Positions 1 through 13,504 are shown, counted from the stretch's first letter. The stretch: DNA of 64,000 bases from Bugula neritina (GCA_964035545.1 OZ037765.1:620001-684000); one strand, 5' to 3'. Program-made: numbers and translations. The notes: a model not told the origin generated them from the sequence alone.

Positions 1-1160
1 ACTGTGGTGTCAAAGCAATTGTGCATTTTTTAATTAAATAACTTTTTTGGCTTAATTGCATGCAAGGTTTTGCTTGTGTTCTAAAAAACATCATTTTTTC
101 TGGGTAAACATAATCCAATCATTAATTGTGAACAGGCAATTGATGTCCAAGCATTTTTTTAATATCTGTTCTAGGTGGATGGAATAATAACGCATCTGTA
201 ACTGGCTTTCAGTCTATCTTTAGAAAATTGGTGACCCGATGTGGTGTACATCCAGGCAACTCAGGAAATTCTAAGCCATTAGATAGCACAACTGCTATTC
301 ATGGAGACATCATTAGGCATCGAAAATCATCATTTCTCCCTTTTAAATTTACTCATTGAAGTATATTATGACTTATTTCAGCACCACATTGCTAAACTAA
401 CAAATATTGCTATGCACAAACTAAATTTCAGGCAATGTAGCAACAAAAGTGTACTGTTTAGAGGCCAGTAATAAGGATGTGGGTAATTAATCGTTTAGAA
501 GTTATTACAACAGTATTTATATTATAACATTAGATGATAACAAATATTGTTATTGCAATATAATATTATTTTTTGTTTATTCTGTAATTCTATTTTAATC
601 ACTTATTGCTTTCAGATTAGCACTTGAAAACAGAATTTAAAACTTTGAAAGGTTTAAGGAAATCTGTTACTTGCCTGTGTTGTAAAGCTGTGTCTTACCA
701 CCGGTTTTTTTATATTATTTATAAACTTTTATACTTGTTATCCTTACTGCCAGTGTTCATGTACTAAGGCTGAAATTTGCTTTGCTGTTGCTTTTCATTT
801 AATTTTGACTAATGTGTTGATCTAATCAATAAATATGTAATGCATTTGTTAGGTTATTAAAGTTATTATCATATGTACTTGAGGTACATGCTTCATAAAA
901 TGATAATTAGTCATGAAATTACAAATACCAAAAGTAAAATAAACAAAATAATTGGTTCCTGCTTCACATTGCTGAATTTTCATTATTTTTTAGCATTTAC
1001 CTCAATTTATAAGCTCTAATAGCTTGCATTTATAATGGATTTTACTACTACTGCGTGCAAAACAAGTAGGCGTGGTTAAGTTTTCCATGTTAAGGCGGAG
1101 CTAAACTATTTGGCCACGCTAAAACGTCCTTGGCCTCTCCAGGTCTATTCCAGCTCAGTG
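1..1160 (+). mobile_element. Mirror copy of the 3' end of the P-like element (contains the GGWNNN exon at ~175-290)
   Basis: Reverse complement of 1168-2327. Confidence 0.8.
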
Positions 1161-2327
1161 AACTACTCACTGAGCTGGAATAGACCTGGAGAGGCCAAGG
1201 ACGTTTTAGCGTGGCCAAATAGTTTAGCTCCGCCTTAACATGGAAAACTTAACCACGCCTACTTGTTTTGCACGCAGTAGTAGTAAAATCCATTATAAAT
1301 GCAAGCTATTAGAGCTTATAAATTGAGGTAAATGCTAAAAAATAATGAAAATTCAGCAATGTGAAGCAGGAACCAATTATTTTGTTTATTTTACTTTTGG
1401 TATTTGTAATTTCATGACTAATTATCATTTTATGAAGCATGTACCTCAAGTACATATGATAATAACTTTAATAACCTAACAAATGCATTACATATTTATT
1501 GATTAGATCAACACATTAGTCAAAATTAAATGAAAAGCAACAGCAAAGCAAATTTCAGCCTTAGTACATGAACACTGGCAGTAAGGATAACAAGTATAAA
1601 AGTTTATAAATAATATAAAAAAACCGGTGGTAAGACACAGCTTTACAACACAGGCAAGTAACAGATTTCCTTAAACCTTTCAAAGTTTTAAATTCTGTTT
1701 TCAAGTGCTAATCTGAAAGCAATAAGTGATTAAAATAGAATTACAGAATAAACAAAAAATAATATTATATTGCAATAACAATATTTGTTATCATCTAATG
1801 TTATAATATAAATACTGTTGTAATAACTTCTAAACGATTAATTACCCACATCCTTATTACTGGCCTCTAAACAGTACACTTTTGTTGCTACATTGCCTGA
1901 AATTTAGTTTGTGCATAGCAATATTTGTTAGTTTAGCAATGTGGTGCTGAAATAAGTCATAATATACTTCAATGAGTAAATTTAAAAGGGAGAAATGATG
2001 ATTTTCGATGCCTAATGATGTCTCCATGAATAGCAGTTGTGCTATCTAATGGCTTAGAATTTCCTGAGTTGCCTGGATGTACACCACATCGGGTCACCAA
2101 TTTTCTAAAGATAGACTGAAAGCCAGTTACAGATGCGTTATTATTCCATCCACCTAGAACAGATATTAAAAAAATGCTTGGACATCAATTGCCTGTTCAC
2201 AATTAATGATTGGATTATGTTTACCCAGAAAAAATGATGTTTTTTAGAACACAAGCAAAACCTTGCATGCAATTAAGCCAAAAAAGTTATTTAATTAAAA
2301 AATGCACAATTGCTTTGACACCACAGT
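1..2327. repeat. Perfect long palindrome (arms 1-1161 and 1167-2327, 5-nt loop ACTAC)
   Basis: Position 1 ACTGTGGTGTCAAAGC is the reverse complement of ...GCTTTGACACCACAGT ending at 2327; centre CAGCTCAGTGA-ACTAC-TCACTGAGCTG; no mismatch noticed. The left arm runs off the window edge. Confidence 0.97.
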
Positions 2328-4012
2328 TTTGGAAATTTTTGAAAATTCATTATCTTTGTCTCTTGGTATTCAAAAGTTAATAAAATATACTTCATATTGC
2401 ATGCATTTTAACCGCTAAGCTCAAGCAAAAAAATTCACTTTTCAACACAGTTGGTCCAACCGACCATCTTAGTTGCCCCTATCAAAGCAAAGTGAAAATA
2501 CCGAACACCTGAAGGAAAGAGATAAGAGAGTAAGAGAACAAATGAACATGTTAACATAAGTGCATGCAGACTGGGCTTCATGCATAGCTCTAAATGGTCT
2601 TGCGAAAATTTATACATTAGCAGATAGTCGAGCACCAACAGTTTCTCCACCAACCCAAATACTGTGTCAATGGCACATACAAGTCCAGTAATACAAACAT
2701 GTCTGCAAATAACACAAATAGGGACAGGCACATATTAGATCTGAAATATAAGCAAGTAACACTTTCTATGGTAATAGGAGATTTACCTTTTGGTCTTGTA
2801 CAGAGGTATCCCTTCATTATTCTTTAGGCCTAGCAAATATTGCCGTGTATCTTTCAGAAAAGGAGTGATGACACTGATACCATTTAGATGTAAAGGCTGC
2901 TTGTAGCCTTTAGCTATTGCTGATCGACTATTCAGGATGTCAAACAACCGATCAACTCGCTACAGAAAAAGTAATATCAGCAGAACATGGGACGATTGCA
3001 GTTACAGTATTTTAAAGAAATAAAACCAAAAGCTGTAACAAACCCTAATGAAGTTGATGGTAGCATCACACTGCTGGAATTTAGAGAGTCCCAACTGTTT
3101 CAGCGTATCTAGTGAGTCAGCCACTGAAGCTGACAGCAACTGGGTAGCAAGAGACACCTGAGTAGATGACACAATAAAGATATTAGTTCAACACTCAATC
3201 ATAACTGCATTGCCAAAGTAGCGCTCTACTAGTAGTAGTAGTAGCAGTAGGCTAGTAGTAGTAGTAGCAGTAGGCTAGTAGTAGTAGTAGGCTAGTAGTA
3301 GTAGTAGCAGTAGGCTAGTAGTAGTAGTAGCAGTAGGCTAGTAGTAGTAGTAGCAGTAGGCTAGTAGTAGTAGTAGCAGTAGGCTAGTAGTAGCAGTAGG
3401 CTAGTAGTAGCAGTAGGCTAGTAGTAGTAGTAGCAGTAGGCTAGTAGTAGTAGTAGCAGTAGGCTAGTACTAGTAGTAGCAGTAGGCTAGTACTAGTAGT
3501 AGCAGTAGGCTAGTAGTAGTAGTAGCAGTAGGCTAGTACTAGTAGTAGCAGTAGGCTAGTACTAGTAGTAGCAGTAGGCTAGTAGTAGTAGTAGCAGTAG
3601 GCTAGTAGTAGTAGTAGTACCATCATACTGATACTGTAAGTATAACATTAGCCATTAGCCTTAGGCTTAGCTATTAGTATTAGTATTACTACTACTAGTA
3701 GTAGTAGTAGACAGTAGTAGTACTAGTACTAGTAGTAGAGTACTACTAGCACTACTACTAGTACTACTAGTAGGCAGCAGCACCGCTACCACAACTATTA
3801 AGCCTACTGTTACGCTAGTTCATGTATTACTTTCACTGATTGTTGTAACTAAAGCCATATACTTACTTGTGAAAAGAGTTTTTTTTGTCTCCATGTAACT
3901 GCTGTACTCACTGGCTGTACTGGTAGTTGCGGCAATTGTATGCATAACACTGAGACTCAGTGGTCTTGCTTCTTTGACCCTTAGTTTGCTTAGGATACGG
4001 AGAATTCGACAT
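2040..4012 (-). pseudogene. Spliced THAP-domain P-element transposase remnant
   Basis: Exon 4012-3867 MSN...CYAYNCRNYQYSQ*...KNSFHK (THAP N-terminus, in-frame TGA); exon 3157-3044 VSLATQLLSASVADSL...CDATINFIR; exon 2959-~2787 RVDRLFDILNSRSAIAKGYKQPL...YLLGLK; exon from ~2702 ...YLLMYKFSQDHLEL; exon from ~2153 GGWNNNASVTGFQSIFRKL. All are THAP9/P transposase motifs with GT-AG borders. Most of the middle is missing. Confidence 0.88.
3225..3780. repeat. Compound microsatellite (AGT)n / (AGTAGCAGTAGGCT)n inside the transposon
   Basis: Direct inspection. Confidence 0.95.
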
Positions 4013-5087
4013 GTTTAACGAAGTAGAGGTGATAGAAAACACAATTAAATAAAAATATAGTCGCTTCAGATATAAAGCAGGACAAAAAACAAAGTTTAAA
4101 AGTGAGATTCACTCAATCGAAATGATGGACGACCGGCTCTATTTTCTCCCGCTAGAAAAAGAGCATGCTCGGGCTCACAAAGCCAATCGGCAACGAGGTT
4201 ACATTACAAAGTACAATCGTACCCATTCCAGTTAATAATTATTGAGTTCATTGGAACTACTATAGTAATGAAGATTAGACCAATGAAGTGCTAGATCTTA
4301 TTTCTGTAAGATAGGACAACTTTGAATTGTTAGAACTGTCTCGCTTTACAGAAGGGCAGCTGACCGTTGATGTACTGCTGATACATAACAATGCGCTGTT
4401 GATATATAATACGTTGATATGAATATACTTTAAGCTAAGTATTACATGACGCACATTAATAACTTTCTGCTGTGAATACTTCCTAGAATCATCATAAGCT
4501 TGTATGACTGACAGTAGCAGAAGAGACTTGTCAACTAATAATTGCATGTTATAATGTGTCACCATATGGCTTTTCTGGGAGAGGAGACAAAGCAAGTGAC
4601 TGCAGGTTGTTGAACTCCCAAATATGATGGCATATCACATGCTTATATCATTGAATTTTTGTTATTTTTGTATCAATTGTGAAAAAGTTACTTAATCAAT
4701 CAAAACTGTTTTGTATTTTACAATTCCTCTGTAACACATTTCATAGACAGCTGCAATTGAAGTCTAATAATTAGCTTTACTGACCAATGATTAATCCAAA
4801 TATTTTGTGTGTGTCTTGAAATTATGAAGTACAACTAAAACTGTACTAGCACATTACAGATCGACCAAATTATCCATGAGTTTAAGATAAAATTATTTTA
4901 AAAACAGGGATAACCAGTTGCTATATTCTGTAAGCCTGAAGCATGTATGCACACATATAAATATTGCAATAATTGTTAGCAGAGAAGTAATTTAAAGTAG
5001 GTAGTTAATGTATTTATCTAACAAAAGTTTACCATGTTCTAAACTGAATCAAACAAATAAAACTTTAATACAAAAACAATTAAATGT

Positions 5088-8000
5088 TTATTTACTAACA
5101 GAAGTGCAGCTACTGGCTGACCCAAAGTCATCAATCATTCTAGAAACTTCTTTTTTCAAAGTATCTCCTTGTAATGAGTATAAACTACTGAGTCTTTTGT
5201 CTCCACTCTCTTCTTCATCATACTGAGACCTCAACCAGCCATCTTTCTCCTCGACTCCCGCCATGTTATTCCACCACTCATCTGGATTGAACTTTTGTTT
5301 GTTCGTCACCATGACAACGCAGCACACAGACAAGGCACACAGACATGTCACAGAGAATGTCGCGCAGACACCAATGATGAGCCAGTTGAAGGAGATTTTA
5401 GAGCTGATGAGTTGCTGGACAAAAGTCTTGTTAGGAGGATTGGTCACTTCATTTGCCTTCTCTAAACTCACTGACAAGTTGGTAATCAAGTATTTCAGCA
5501 AGTCATTCTCTACTCTATCTAAAGATTTACTTAATTTCAGATTTGGTAGAGTGTGTTCCACATTGTTTGCATCCTGTAAGAAGTTGTTGGCGTAGGTGGT
5601 TGTCTGTAGCTCTTCCTGTTTTGAAGGTTTTATATCTACCGAACTAGCATTGCCTGTCTCAGCACCAACTGTGTCATTTTCTTGACGTTTGAAGGTTAAC
5701 TGAGAATGTGCTCTGCTCAAATGATAAGTAGGAGGAAGTTTAGAGTTTGTGTGTCTGTGTCTACTTCTGGCTGAATGCAGTAGTTGACTTGTGAGAGGGT
5801 AAGGTCTGTCCTCTGTTGGTTGTTGGTCAGCTTTTCTCTCACCATACATTTCTAAAGCCACAGAGAGAACTTCTGGCTCACTAGAAATGTCAAGTATTTC
5901 ATCCAACCAGCCATCCAGCTCTTCTTGGCTGTGATTGTATACTAGATGCTCAGTAGTTTTGTGATTTCTTGCTGAGTTGTACTTCTGCAAGATCTTAAGA
6001 AGTTCTAAAGCTACATCGTTACTTGTATCCTTTCTGTTACCATCCTGTCTTGATTTTCCATGAGAAGATTTTCCAGCAACTTCAACTCTTTTGCCATAGT
6101 GACCGAGGGCTTCTGATTCATCTTCTTCAGTGTGTCTGAAATTATAATTGCTTTTACTAGTTGACTTGTGCTATAGATTTTCTATGACATTTCCTGGTGT
6201 TGCTAATTTTTTTCAGAACTTAATTCTGCACCAAGAAATTACCTGTGATAACTCCCTAGAGATCTAAGTAAGTTGGAAGAAATTCTTTCAGCTGCAACTT
6301 GACTTGCTATTGCTTTTAAAACTACAAATGTATTTGTAAGAAAATAACACATTTTTGCAGTAAATAATTTTATTGCTATGATGTGTGGTAATGTGTAATT
6401 TCTTATGATCAAACCTTTCTAAAAAGTAAACAAAGTATAATAGGCCTATTAAGAAAAACTAAAGGCACAACAGAATGTTACTTCAATGTGTTTTTCACTG
6501 ACTCTACTAAGTTGCTTGTAAACAGATGTAGTTGATTACTTGTTTTCTTGGTTGTTGAAACATCAAGTTGGGTAATTTTTGAGGTTTCCAGAGTAGGCAA
6601 AGGTTCTGTTGTATAATGACTTTCCTTGGAGCTCGTCAAACGATCAGATCTGACTGGATCTGTAGCTGAAAAAACATCTTTAGACTGTTTGATATTTGAA
6701 AAAGTGTTTTGAATTTTGTCCTTATCCAATGAGCTCAAGTTTCTTTTCTTTACGTCAAACTCATCAAACTTTGCGATGTCACCAAGAACGTCTGCATTGT
6801 ACTGTTTATGCTCATCAGATGCAAACAATGATTTTATCTCGTCTTCACTTAGAGATTTGTCAATGTACCCAGGATTCAATGCGACATCCTGCTCTTCGTT
6901 TTGAATAGAATGATGATTCTCATCAGCATGAATTTGTGGTGTCTTCGGCTTTGAGTTAGACTCTAGTATATCAACCTCATGATTGGTTTGTCTGTTGGCA
7001 TTATTATGATCAAACATGCCTGAGGAGTGTTGAATACTGGACACGTGATGATTTGGTAAATGGCTTTGGTGCTCTGCGTGAGCTACATGACTTCTAATCT
7101 CTCTACTACTTTGAGTGTGCAGTGAAGCACTTTGAGGAAGGTATGGTGTTGAATCTGTATTATGGTGAGGAACAAAGGGGAGATGATCTCTAACAGCTCT
7201 ACTGATACTTTCTGGTAGCAGAGCTGCATGTGGGTGTTTTGATGCCACTTTCTCAGAGTGATGAGGAACGTAGCTACCATGTAATTTCTTTGATAGGAAC
7301 TGTTCAATGCCTTCAGCAGACAACTTGTTACCAGGAAGTTGGTCCATGTGCTTCTTCAGCCACTGCGCATAGTAGAGCTGTCTAGCGTCTCCTTCAATGT
7401 GGTTAAAGGGCCAGTATCCTATCTTGGCGTAAAGAACTGGATCAAATTTATGCCTCGAAGACTTACTGGCAGCGGCCAGCAGCTCTTGATTGGCTGACTG
7501 TGGTTTATTTTCTTTTTCAAGTTTCTCTATTAGTAAGCTATCTGGTATATCAGCTGCTTGATGGTCATGTGACTCATAATGATTGGATGCGCTAGAGATC
7601 ATGTGACCATGACTGTCAGGGTGTTTATCGTGAGGCTCGATGAGTGTATTACCAGCTGTTGTGTCATCTTCATAGTGATCACCGCTGTGACCAGTTCTCA
7701 AAGTTTCATGTAACAGGTTATGAGAAGGTTTGTCTTCCAGCCTGTCATGGTAGTTATGATTGGCATACTCATTAGAACTTTCAGCGTGAGCTGGAGCCTG
7801 CTTCAGTAATTTGCTAAGCATGTCCCAATTCAGCTCCTTGAGATTTTTTGTATGTAGCATGTCATCTGAAATTAAAAGAATTAAAGCTAGGTTTTACACT
7901 CTGTTTTACCTACATTGGCATGGTATCGTTTTAATTATTCAATATGCAGATCTAAATTTTTATTTTTATATGGATTCAACAAAACAGGCAATAAACAGTT

Positions 8001-11000
8001 TGAGGCTGTTTAAATATTAAAAAAGGTGTTGGGTGCTGGGCTATTAGAGGACTAGAAATGACAGTGCAAATAATTCAATTTTACAGCTTTACCACTGGTA
8101 TGTTTTATGGAATTATATAACAATACAGTCAACACTATAAGAAACCTGGTTATTGCTGTTTTACTGAAACAGCTAAATGTGCATAATTACTTACCAAAAG
8201 TTGTGTGTTGTCTTTCTTTAATATTCTGATTCTCATATTTCCATCTTTCATCTTGATGAGGTCCTGAATAGTCGTTATGATTCCACGTGTCATGATGTTC
8301 TTTCAACGCTTCCGTTGCTGCAATGTGTGTAGGGAGAGGATCTTCATCTCCAGTATGGTGTGTAGCATCATTGCCTAGCTCGTGTTCAGATGGACTTTTA
8401 TATTCTTCTTTATTATTATTGTAGCTCATCTTGTTTTTATAAAGACTTCTTACATCTACACTATCAGCATCTTTCTCTTTAGTGACATATGACTCAACCT
8501 TATTTATATGATATTCAGCATGATTGGGGTAATGCTGTATTTCATCTAAACTGCTTTGGGCCTCATTGTTACTTTTAATGCTATTTTCATGCTTTCTCAT
8601 ATGGTACTCCTCATCATTGGATGGTACACTTTCTGGTAAACCTCCATGAAAGACTCCTTCAAATGCATGCTTATTACCATGCAGTTGTTTGTGGCTTTGG
8701 TGCCTTTCCTTGTGCAAACTTTTGTAATATTCCTCATTTTGATGTTCTAAACTGTTTACTTTATTGAAATTATTTTTAACAACGCTTTTAATTGTATTTC
8801 TTTCATCAATATGCATATCACCATCATGATGTTTTCTAATATCCACTCCTTTATGATGTGTTTCCCCTTCATGGTGCTCTCTTCTATCCACTCCATCATG
8901 ATGTGCTTCCTCATCATGATGCTCTCTTCTATCCACTCCTTCATAGTGTGTTCTCTTATCATAATGCTCTTTTCTATCCACTCCATCATGGTGTGTTCCC
9001 TCATCATAATGCTCTTTTCTATCCACCCCTTCATGGTGTGTTCCCTCACCATGATATTCTCTGCTATCCACTCCTTCATGGTATGTTCCCCCATCATGAT
9101 GATTAATACTATCCACTCCTTCATAATGTGTTCCTTCATCACTATGTTCTCTGCTATCCACTCCTTCACGGTGTTTTCCCTTATCATAATGCTCTTTTCT
9201 ATCCACTCCTCCATGATGTGCTCCCTCATCATAATGTTCTTTTCTATCCACTCCTTCATAGTGTGTTCCCTCATCATAATGCTCTCTTCTATCCACCCCT
9301 TCATGATGTGTTCCCTCACCATGATATTCTCTGCTATCCACTCCTTCATGGTATGTTCCCCCATCATGATGGTTATTACTATCCACTCCTTCATAATGTG
9401 TTCCTTCATCACTATGTTCTCTGCTATCCACTCCTTCACGGTGTTTTCCCTCATCATAATGCTCTTTTCTATCCACTCCATCATGGTGTGTTCCCTCATC
9501 ATAATGCTCTTTTCTATCCACTCCTTCATGATGTGCTCCTTCATCATAATGCTCTTTTCTATCCACTCCATCATGGTGTGTTTCCTTATCATAATGCTCT
9601 CTGCTATCCACTCCTTCACGGTGTTTTCCCTCATCATAATGCTCTTTTCTATCCACTCCATCATGGTGTGTTCCCTCATCATAATGCTCTTTTCTATCCA
9701 CTCCTTCATGATGTGCTCCTTCATCATAATGTTCTCTTCTATCCACTCCTTCATAGTGTGTTCCCTCATCATAATGCTCTCTTCTATCCACCCCTTCATG
9801 GTGTGTTCCCTCACCATGATATTCTCTGCTATCCACTTCTTCATAATGTGTTCCTTCATCACGATGTTCTCTGCTATCCACTCCTTCATAATGTGTTCTC
9901 TCACCATGATGATCAATACTATCCAGTCCTAGTAATATAAAAAAATGGTAGTATAATAATATGGCAATATCCTAATGCAATAACATAATTATATAGTATT
10001 ATAGCAATGAAGTAATAATACAATGCAACAATAACATAGTATATTATTAGTATATTAGTAATACATTATAATCATGCAGTAATCTGAAAAACTAACCATG
10101 AACTTCATGATCACGTAGAAAATCTTTTTTGTACTTACTTCGTTCTGAGATGAATCTCTTTTCTCTCAGATTTTTTACAGCTCCTCTTTTTTTCTGTAAC
10201 ATCTGGTTTTCCTTCAGCTCATGAGTAATGTAACCAGCTTTTTTCTGATGTTCTACAAACCTCAGCCAGTCATCTGTTAGTTCTACAGAGTCACTGATTT
10301 TGTGGGGTATTTCATGGGGCGTCTCTACATGATTCAATATTTGGTGGACTCGTTTCTCTGGCTCACTTCCTTTCTTGTTTTTGCCTGCACTTGAACTAAA
10401 GTTTAATTTGGCACATAAATTTTATTTCATAATATAATTATACATGATCTTCTAATTACCAATAAATAGACACTCTAAAATCAATGTAACGTTGGAAACG
10501 ATTAAACTTACTTAGTCTTGTTTCCTGGTTGTGGTTTACTGATGTTTTCTGCTTTAATCTCATCTTGTCTTCTTTGTTTTAGTTTTTGTATCAACTTGAT
10601 AAGAACCAACTCTACATCTTCTTTACCGTTTTCTAGAAATTAAGGAAGACTTGAAACAGCTGTACAAATAAAGCTTAGTCTTAACAAAATGTAAGCCAAG
10701 AAAGCTTTGACTATATTTGCAATCAGCTCGAAGACTTTCAGAACTTTCTCTATAAGATGAAGGGCCATGCGTAGCCCAGTATATGGTGAAAAGGAAAGCA
10801 TGTGGAAAGTTACACAACAACTCACTCTCTTTATTTCGTCTTATCATATCAGATAAAAGATCCAGTAACTTGAGGTTGACTTTCTTTCTACTTAAAGCAG
10901 TTGGGTTAGGGTGGTAGTAAGAAGGCCCCACATACTGTCCATGAGGACCATAAACCAGAACTCTCTTGTCATTTTCTAAACAAATTACCAACTTATGTAT

Positions 11001-12050
11001 CAGCATAATAATACAAAATGCTTTCCAAGTATTTTTACTTATAGCTATTCATATGGCTTTCTGTGCTGCTTTTCCATAGCTTATAACTCAGCTGCCAATT
11101 CATAATTCAAATAAAACATTGCGAAAAAGTGAAGAGAAGTTATAATATAGCCTAAGTTCTGACTGGACTGGTGCTTACGGCCTATAAGAGAGAAGACATG
11201 AGCAATGAACTCACACTAAGGGTTGTATTATATGTCCGTGATAACTCTGGAGAGTAATATTCAAATGTAGCAGAATGCAACGCCATTAATCAATTAATTA
11301 TAGTAACCATAAACATTGCATAACCAAGCATTATGGGTAATTAGTGTGATTGGGAGATTTTTTTTCAGACAATGACTATTGAAAAGTTTGCTAATGGATA
11401 TACAGATTTGCTTACACTAATGCTGCTACCATCAGCTGTAGATCACAAGATTTAAACTCTAGCTATTAGTTGGTCAGTTCTAAGCTCCAAATTCTACATA
11501 ACAACTAGCAAATAAAATATCTTTTAGCATTCGTTTGTATTGGAAGTTATCTCCCTATTATACTTACTGTTTAAGTTGTCTTCTCCTGCCCACATTGCAT
11601 TCATATCCTCTCCGATGTTTATAACTGGTATGTCCTTACTAGCACCTATAAGTACATAATTTTATTAGGCAAACTCATAGATGTTGCCTAAATATATTAC
11701 TAAACTACACATTCTTAAAATTAATTCATTTACCAGTGTGTTTTAACTAACCTCTGAACAGATGTGAGGAAAATGTCATAATTCATTTGAAGGAAAATAA
11801 AGAAACTTAAAGGTAGATATCATTGATTATTAATAAGTGTTAGTACTACTCTAAATACTGCAAAAAGTTGAGAAACTAAATTATATTTATTAGACTTAGT
11901 TTTACCCCTTTTTAGCTCTACATCCTTAGAGTGGAGGGTGATAACCAGGGCAAGTGCGCTAGAGAAGATAAGAGCTAAGACTACAAGAGTTAGCACTATG
12001 CAGATGGTCTCTTTCGACCCACTCCATGCAGATTTCTTTTCTTCTGCCAT
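5088..12050 (-). CDS. Gene A: ~1652-aa His/Glu/Asp-rich repeat protein with N-terminal signal-anchor and C-terminal TM helix; 8 exons (12050-11906, 11645-11568, 10975-10826, 10632-10512, 10395-10097, 9928-8195, 7865-6482, 6135-5088)
   Basis: All introns GT-AG and phase-compatible; total 4959 nt without an internal stop; joins the ORFs at 11820, 10623, 10092, 8187, 6478 and 5088. N-terminal ICIVLTLVVLALIFSSALALVITL; C-terminal WLIIGVCATFSVTCLCALSVCCVVMV. No family recognised. Confidence 0.85.
8815..9928 (-). repeat. Coding 45-bp tandem repeat (~24 units of 15 aa, consensus HEGVDRKEHYDEGTH)
   Basis: 45-bp periodicity with higher-order 180-bp (9481 vs 9661) and 270-bp (9121 vs 9391) blocks. Confidence 0.95.
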
Positions 12051-13504
12051 TCTTCAAGGTAAACTTAAAATAGGAGAAAGAGATTACAGCACAATGTGTA
12101 ACTATTCTGTATTCAGTACGTGTAACAATGCTAATAATTAGATAATCGGTTTCAACAATAGCATGACTTAATATTATATTATAAAGTGTATGTAATATGG
12201 AAAATTGGGTTATAAATATTTATTTTTATAATACAAAGAATTATTTTATAATTTGACATACTGTATTATTAGAATGATGTTTGCATATTATACATAGAAT
12301 TAGTATGTATTCATGTTATACTACAGTATGTAACATGTTATATACTGTAGTATGTAACATGTTATACTACCGTGTGTATCAAATCACGAAGACATTCGCT
12401 AAAAACCTATAAATCCCAACATTGAAAAGCTCAGTATCAACAACTTGCAGAAGCTTGTAAAAGAACGGAAACAACTCCAGACATTGAATAAAGTCATTGC
12501 TATATTAAAATCATAATATTATTTAACTAGTACAGCTTTGTGGTGCACAGAGCTGAAATTGTCTGCAGCACATGTCTTGTAGTTTATTAAATTATCAAAA
12601 TATATCAGCAAGCTTTCGTATACAAACTTTCAGAGTCTCTATTTTGATTAGAAGAAAAGCTATGAGAGCACAACTTCATAAATAATCTTTCTGCATGTAC
12701 TGCATATTACTTATGCATGGAGTTCCTTTATTAATATTCAGCTTAGTATAGTTCATTGTGACTTGTGCATAACGTCACAGCATGCGCATGTTTTATTAAT
12801 TGAATAAAGTCATCTCGCGCCTGAATAGTTCACCTCTATAACTCCTTTCTTATACTTTAAAATAGAAAAACATTCAGTTGAGTCATTATTCTTGTTCACT
12901 TTTCATTATTTTCACATTCAAAAACACAACATTATTAACAAATTATCCAAGCGAAAGCAACTTTATTAGTTTATTCATTTATTGAAGTAGAACCTCCTTT
13001 ATTTCTACTCACGTTCTACACTCTGTGTAGTTAGTTTGTGCAGTTAGTTTCAATGTGTTTACTGTTTGAACTACCACCAGCATAGCCCACTCAGCTCAGC
13101 ACCAGCTCTGTCAGTAATCCTTTCAGAATACAGGTGTCTCTTTATAGTCCATTATAGACGCACAGTGTGCTGTGTGTATCGTATACAAGTATTACTCTTT
13201 CTTAGGACAGCAATTTGACTGTATAGCTGTATATTTTATTAATATAAACTTACATATATGTTATTGTAGGTTGAAGCTTTTGTTAACCGATGAAAAATAT
13301 AAATGCATTATTTTAAACAAATTAAAAATCTTGGTACAAAATTACTAATTCAGAAATATAGGACACTTTCAATAAAATATTATTTTTAATAGAAACTATA
13401 AAAATTTAAACAAAGGCAAGTTTCAAAAAAATGGTAAACTATACAAGTTTAAACAAAAGCAGCATTTTTTAACTTATATCAGTATTTATATTATATTCAG
13501 CATT

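Larger units (their letters stand above)
1168..4253 (-). mobile_element. Defective P-superfamily (THAP9-like) DNA transposon
   Basis: CA...TG termini with imperfect TIRs (CACTGAGCTGGAATA / rc CAATGAACTCAATA); identical 8-mer GAACTACT at 1160-1167 and 4254-4261 (TSD); internal transposase exons. Confidence 0.85.

Noticed and set aside
5008-8020. Short plus-strand and alternate-frame ORFs overlapping gene A (and 13926-14231 over gene B)
   Set aside because: Antisense or frame shadows of real exons.
8815-9928. CRISPR-like regular periodicity
   Set aside because: No unique spacers; it is a coding tandem repeat in a eukaryotic exon.
8756-9940. Long overlapping ORFs in other frames (8756-9916 -, 8811-9932 +, 9128-9940 +, 8858-9106 +), one extremely hydrophobic
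   Set aside because: Shadows of the 45-bp repeat, which happens to lack stops in those frames; they end at the repeat edges, and only the His-rich frame splices in phase.
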